Positions 52,834 through 58,093 of a DNA stretch of 58,093 nt are shown one piece after another (position 1 is the stretch's first letter; each line of letters begins with the position of its first letter). Position numbers and translations under genes: made by a program. The notes below the pieces were generated by a model. It saw nothing but the letters and a program-made list of their open reading frames with translations, was not told the DNA's origin and did no database searches. Source of the DNA: Nemertoderma westbladi (taxonomy: Eukaryota > Animalia > Xenacoelomorpha); contig JAUCBJ010007347.1 in the NCBI GenBank assembly GCA_032718475.1, positions 1 to 58,093 on the forward strand, given 5' to 3'.

Positions 52834-55290
52834 ATGCTAAGGTTATCAACTCTTTTGCCAGTTCATTGTAAGACTGGTATTCGATGTAAATCCTTCAATT
52901 ATTCTGCTTCATCATTATATTTCCAACACAATAGGAGACGAGGACTATTTACTAGGAATCAACACCGCAGTGATGTAGAAGGGGACGATGTACGATCTGA
53001 GCACGTATTTAATATACTCAGACTAGATGAATATTTGAAGAATGAGTTGCCGAAAAACTATCCCTCAACTGAAAGCAATGTCATACTGAGGCAGTATAGT
53101 TTGGGTCAATCGAATCCAACATTTTACTTGCGTAAAGATGATTCCACTTTTGTGGTACGTAAGAAGCCCCCAGGACCACTACTCAAAGGAGCCCATCTCA
53201 TAGACAGGGAGTTTCATATCCAATCAGTATTGGGGGATTACGGATTTCCAGTTCCTAAAATGCTTCACTACTGCTCTGATCAGTCGGTAATCGGTACAGA
53301 ATTCTATGTGATGGAGCATATGAAGGGGAGAATATTCACTAACCATATGCTACCTGACTTTTCTTCAAAAGATAGAGTAGAGATTTATGCTGAATTTATT
53401 AATACATTAGGTGAACTCCATTCCATCAATTGGTGTAAGTTGGGATTGGAAAAATTTGGGAGAGTTGGTGGATATTCCCAACGACAATTAGCTATTTGGA
53501 CTAGGCAGTATAAAGCTGTTGTGGAGAAGACATCGAACCATGACAAGGCCATGGAAGAGTTGTCCAAGCGTTTGGAGCAAACATTACCATCTAGTGAATG
53601 TGAAGCCATTTCTATAGTTCATGGAGATTACCGAATGGACAATGTAATGTTTCACCCAACAGAAAACCGCATCATAGCAGTGTTGGATTGGGAGATGTCT
53701 ACACTTGGCGATCCACTTGTAGATTTGGGTTACTTGTGTCAGATCTACCATGTTGGGTCTGAAATAAATTTCCTTCCAAAGTTTACAGGAAATGATAAGC
53801 CTTTATCTGATGTGGAAGGAATTCCCTCAGAACCAAATGTATTGGAGTCCTATTTGAAGGCCAGATGTTTACCTTTGGTATCTAACATACCACATTGGCC
53901 ATTCTATCTAGCTTTGGCCTTTCATAAAACATCATCTATAGCTCATGGTGTTTACCATAGGTACTTGCAGGGCAGTGCGAGTTCAGACACTGCTCATTTG
54001 TTCAAAGAAGGTGCCACATTAATGTCGGCATATGGTTTATCAATCTTGGATGCTGAAAGTTCGACATCCACAAATAAAGACCTGCAGTTATTTCCCATTT
54101 CAGAAAAAGGTAAAGAAATTTTAATTAGAGTGAAAGCCTTTATTAAGGACCATGTAATCCCAGCATTTCCCTTGTATGAAGAACAACTAAATAATGGACA
54201 GTCGAGATTTCATTCACCTCCAATAATGGAAGAGTTAAAAGTTAAAGCTAAAACAGCTGGTTTGTGGAATTTGTTCCTACCCTCAGTAAGTGGTCTCACC
54301 AATGTTGAATACTCATTGATCGCTGAAGAAACAGGTAGAAACCCGATTGCTCCAGAAGTTTTCAACTGCAGTGCACCAGATACTGGTAATATGGAAGTTC
54401 TGCATTTGTTTGGTACAGAAGAGCAGAAAAAACAATGGTTACGGCCATTACTCGATGGGACAATGAGATCATGTTTCGCTATGACAGAACCAGATGTTGC
54501 CTCCAGTGATGCTACTAACCTTCAATGTGATATCCAACAAATTGGAGAGGAATTCGTAATAAACGGAAGAAAATGGTGGACAAGTGGTGCTGGAGAATCT
54601 CGAGTTAAATTAATTCTATTAATGGGAAAGTCAGAAGATGATACTAAAGGGAAATACCAGCGCCATACTATTGTCATTGTACCGAGCAACGCACCTGGTG
54701 TAAAAATAAAACGGCATCTTACTGTTTTTGGTTATGACGATGCACCTCATGGACATTTTGAGTTGGAATTCAAGGATGTTCGAGTTCCTACGAGCAATGT
54801 GATCCTCGGTCGTGGTAGAGGATTCGAAGTGGCTCAAGGAAGGTTGGGACCCGGGAGGATACATCACTGCATGAGGATGATTGGACACGCCGAACTAGCT
54901 TTGCAGTTAATGTGTCAAAGGGCTAAGATCCGAGCCCCTTTTGGTAAATCTCTGTTGGAACAAGGTGTTGTTCAACACAGTATTGCCGAATCCCGCATCG
55001 CGATAGATCAAGCGCGATTATTGTGTCTCAAAGCGGCCCATCATATCGACGTGAGCGGAGGGAAAGTCGCTCGCAAAGAGATTGCCATGCTGAAGGTTGC
55101 TGCTCCAAGAATGGCCCAACGGGTTATTGATCGCGCTATTCAACTCCACGGTGCTTGCGGGGTTTCTCAGGATACTTTGTTACCGATACTGTTTGTTATG
55201 GCTCGATGCGTAAGATTGGCAGATGGCCCAGACGAGGTTCATCTGTCATCGATTGCGAAGTTTGAGATTCGTGAACATTTAGATTATTAA
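52834..55290 (+). CDS. ACAD11: Acyl-CoA dehydrogenase family member 11-like (APH kinase domain plus ACAD domain), intronless
   Basis: GQSNPTF, RKKPPG.LL..AH.IDREF, YCSD.SVIGTEFYVMEH, HGDYR.DN, LDWE, GLWNLFLP.VSGL, APDTGNMEVL, MTEPDVASSDATN, QGRLGPGRIHHCMR, RLADGPDEVH. No N-terminal HAD domain, so ACAD11-like rather than ACAD10. Confidence 0.9.
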   Translation: MLRLSTLLPVHCKTGIRCKSFNYSASSLYFQHNRRRGLFTRNQHRSDVEGDDVRSEHVFNILRLDEYLKNELPKNYPSTESNVILRQYSLGQSNPTFYLRKDDSTFVVRKKPPGPLLKGAHLIDREFHIQSVLGDYGFPVPKMLHYCSDQSVIGTEFYVMEHMKGRIFTNHMLPDFSSKDRVEIYAEFINTLGELHSINWCKLGLEKFGRVGGYSQRQLAIWTRQYKAVVEKTSNHDKAMEELSKRLEQTLPSSECEAISIVHGDYRMDNVMFHPTENRIIAVLDWEMSTLGDPLVDLGYLCQIYHVGSEINFLPKFTGNDKPLSDVEGIPSEPNVLESYLKARCLPLVSNIPHWPFYLALAFHKTSSIAHGVYHRYLQGSASSDTAHLFKEGATLMSAYGLSILDAESSTSTNKDLQLFPISEKGKEILIRVKAFIKDHVIPAFPLYEEQLNNGQSRFHSPPIMEELKVKAKTAGLWNLFLPSVSGLTNVEYSLIAEETGRNPIAPEVFNCSAPDTGNMEVLHLFGTEEQKKQWLRPLLDGTMRSCFAMTEPDVASSDATNLQCDIQQIGEEFVINGRKWWTSGAGESRVKLILLMGKSEDDTKGKYQRHTIVIVPSNAPGVKIKRHLTVFGYDDAPHGHFELEFKDVRVPTSNVILGRGRGFEVAQGRLGPGRIHHCMRMIGHAELALQLMCQRAKIRAPFGKSLLEQGVVQHSIAESRIAIDQARLLCLKAAHHIDVSGGKVARKEIAMLKVAAPRMAQRVIDRAIQLHGACGVSQDTLLPILFVMARCVRLADGPDEVHLSSIAKFEIREHLDY

Positions 55291-55635
55291 TATTATTATC
55301 AATTAATTATTACTCTTTAGTACTATGTAATTGTGTACTAAGACTAATGGCTTTTTTCCATTTCATAATTTATTTTCATACATTATCGTTTGGCCTATTG
55401 CTTTAAATATATTACATATTTAGTAAAAATAAAATTGATCATGTTATATACAGTAATAATATTGGAATTATATAATTTAGTTATGTTTTATTGTGCTTAT
55501 GTTAAGTTATTAATGTTGTAATCTAATTATGTGATTTTGAGACCGATGGGAAAACTTACTCAAATGCCTTCTAAACTAATTAATAACATCGTATCAATGT
55601 TAAATATGAATTAAGGGATAGGAACAGGATATAGT

Positions 55636-55978
55636 GGTGCTAGCACCAAATTTTGAAACCCACAATTATATCAATTGATTTTGTCATCTTGTTTCTTGCG
55701 TTATACGGGTTTGTGAGGGTTCTGAATTCATTGGAATAAGTAAAAATTGCATAAGAATTTTTAAACTTGTATTTTTCGCCGGTGGGTGAAAATTTTTGTG
55801 CCAGTACCAAATTTTTGAAAATAAGCAAATTGATCAATAGATAGTATCATCTTGTTTGTTTCTTGCGTTATACGGGTTTATGGGGGTCCTGAATCCGATC
55901 AATCAATAAAAACAGCACCAGATATCTTAAACTTTTTGGTGATGGTTACGAAGTTTGGTGCCAGCACCAAAATTTGCC
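55636..55978. repeat. Degenerate tandem repeat, period about 160 bp
   Basis: GTGCYAGYACCAAA occurs at about 55638, 55798 and 55958; TTTCTTGCGTTATACGGGTTT occurs twice. Confidence 0.6.
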
Positions 55979-57340
55979 ATATTACACCGTTAAATACGAG
56001 TAGCAATCAATGATCTGGAGCAGTAGTAATGTATTCCATTAGAATCAGCGCGCCAGAAAACATGTAAATGTGAATTTATAGCATCGTATACTGTAAGGGA
56101 ATAAAAAATGTGTTCAAACTGAAAAGTGCTGGTTACTTTTTTTCTTTTTTGCCTACGTAGAGAATCAGATAATTTTTAAATATTTGCCAATGGATTCAGC
56201 GCCCAAGAAAACCTTTATTGAATGCTGAAAAATGACCATCCCAGTAAATTTTTCTGACTGACTCAGACTAGTAAAATCTACATACAAAACAAATAAAAAA
56301 ATCGGACGTTTTCGTTAAAATTTGTTGATTTTGGAGGGGGGGGGGGGGGGGGGGGTTGGTTGGTCAATATGACACCCCTCAGGTATTTTTTACAATTAAT
56401 TAAAGTATGTTTTCTCTGACACCCGAATTACTTCTCCATCCATATATATAAAACTGGGTTTTCATGTGTCGGGTTCGTTTTTCCGTTGGTTTAGTTTTTG
56501 GTTTGGGTTCTATCATCATTCAATTGGCATATCCAGTACATTTAACACCAGCCTGACAGAGTGCCAGCCTTAATTACATTCCGCCTTACACTTGTCTTTA
56601 CTGCAAAAAACTAAAATACTGTCCGGTTTTTACGCGCATACACACGGATTTTTTTCATTACTTTTTGTCAAAGAATAAGTATATGTAAACCCGGGTTATT
56701 TAAACACCATCGCGGCGAATTAATATCTCGTTTCAATGTTGTGGAAAGTAGCAGGTTACAGTGGACCCCTCCCACAACCTAACTGATATAAATAATATAA
56801 ACACGTTTGTTTTTAGTAGGCTAGGCCGATTGTAATATATTTATCGAGATTATAATGAAATACTATAATTAATAAAGTAATGAAATATAAATCAAATGCA
56901 CATTAATTACAGTAATTTGAGCACATGCTTATCATACAGTAAGCTACGCTATAATCATACAATTGTAATGTAATTATAATTGCATTGATTATAACCAAAA
57001 TATTTTGTATAGGGGGCTACACTAGTTCAAAGTTCTTGTAGAATATCTACATTAGATTATTGTAGAACTCCATAATTTAACATAAAAAAAATACACCATT
57101 TAAATACAGTAGCATGATACTATTATTCTTACACTTTCATCTTATGAATATATATATGGCAATAATTTTTCGATACCTAAACGGCTACGGTATTTTTTTA
57201 ATTTTTTTTGGCTATTTATTTTCTCATTTTACCAATTTTTTCTCAATTGTATACCAACTTTTTTTTACCTATTTATTGTTATTTTTACCTTTAAATATTA
57301 TTATAACATTCGTTGAGCACAGCTTTGCAAAGCCGTCACT

Positions 57341-57402
57341 GACGTCAGGATGGGATCGAACTGATGACCAGTCTTACGCTCTAACCATTCCGCTAGCGGC
57401 TC
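57341..57402 (-). other. tRNA-derived relic (SINE head or tRNA pseudogene)
   Basis: Minus strand has A box TAGCGGAATGG and B box GTTCGATCC, but the spacing is too short for a full cloverleaf. Confidence 0.45.
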
Positions 57403-58093
57403 AGGTAAAAGGTAGACCTGAAAATTTAGTAGGCCTACTACCTGATACAGTACTTTGTGTGTCCGCAATTGACGTCTCCTCAAAGCCTCCCGATCCCATA
57501 TGTCCAGACTTACAACCTGGAAATCACCAGTTCAATCCCACCTGGAACTTTACCAAGCTAAACCCAACGAAAGTTATGTATAATAGTATGAAACCACTCG
57601 TTGCTCGTTCACCCAAAACACCAATAATAATTAAAATATTATGACGGTCACTATCAGAATATCAACTGGCAGACAGGTAAAGAAAACGGTACCGTAGTAA
57701 CTTGATTGGTGGTTCAAACCCTAATTAAAACAGTAATTTGACCCTACAGTAAGTCTAGAGGCACTAATATAATAAATTTTGTGTAATTTTGAACTTATTG
57801 CTTTGGTTAGGGTTAATTTATTACATTCTTTAAAGCAAACAGACCCTAACAAAAAAAAACGAGACAGGGACGCAAAACCCATCTTGGCTAATTAATATCT
57901 CGCATCTCTTCATTTAGGGAAAGGGGTAGGTTACAGTGGCACATTAATATAACCAAAATAATAAAAGAAAGGAGACAGTATATTATTCACAAATAGCAAA
58001 AAATACACAATTTGACTACATATACACTATATTGACTATACAACAATACACACGTCAAAATTTAACTGTACAAAATTACATAGTGGGGGTAAA

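Noticed and set aside
968-54888. Numerous antisense or overlapping short ORFs within the long ORFs
   Set aside because: Expected shadow frames, with no independent motifs.
57341-57402. Functional tRNA gene
   Set aside because: A and B boxes are present, but there is no room for an anticodon arm and no clean acceptor stem.
57114-57644. 176-aa membrane protein ORF
   Set aside because: The hydrophobic half is a translation of T-rich low-complexity DNA, and there is no recognisable domain.

Overview
AT-rich animal (probably invertebrate) genomic DNA, about two-thirds transposable elements. 1-5390 and 6693-11719 are two young Ty3/Gypsy (Mag-like) LTR retrotransposons with intact ORFs; the first interrupts a CACTA/EnSpm-like transposase. 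11725-37297 is a nested stack: a decayed RTE-like LINE, several Helentron/DINE-like non-autonomous elements that all sit at ACA sites, and an 18.4-kb BEL/Pao LTR retrotransposon. The BEL element carries about 4 kb of extra ORFs after integrase, including a DEDDy (WRN/EXD-like) 3'-5' exonuclease with zinc knuckles. It has no tRNA-type PBS, but has an 11-nt PBS-position sequence complementary to its own LTR, which suggests self-priming. 37295-44508 is a tandem duplication of an F-box/LRR-like gene plus a DONSON-like fragment. In one F-box copy a BEL-related LTR insertion forms a frame-restoring GT-AG intron. The right part holds a second LINE relic, small repeats and an intronless ACAD11. All family assignments come from reading motifs by eye; no searches were run.
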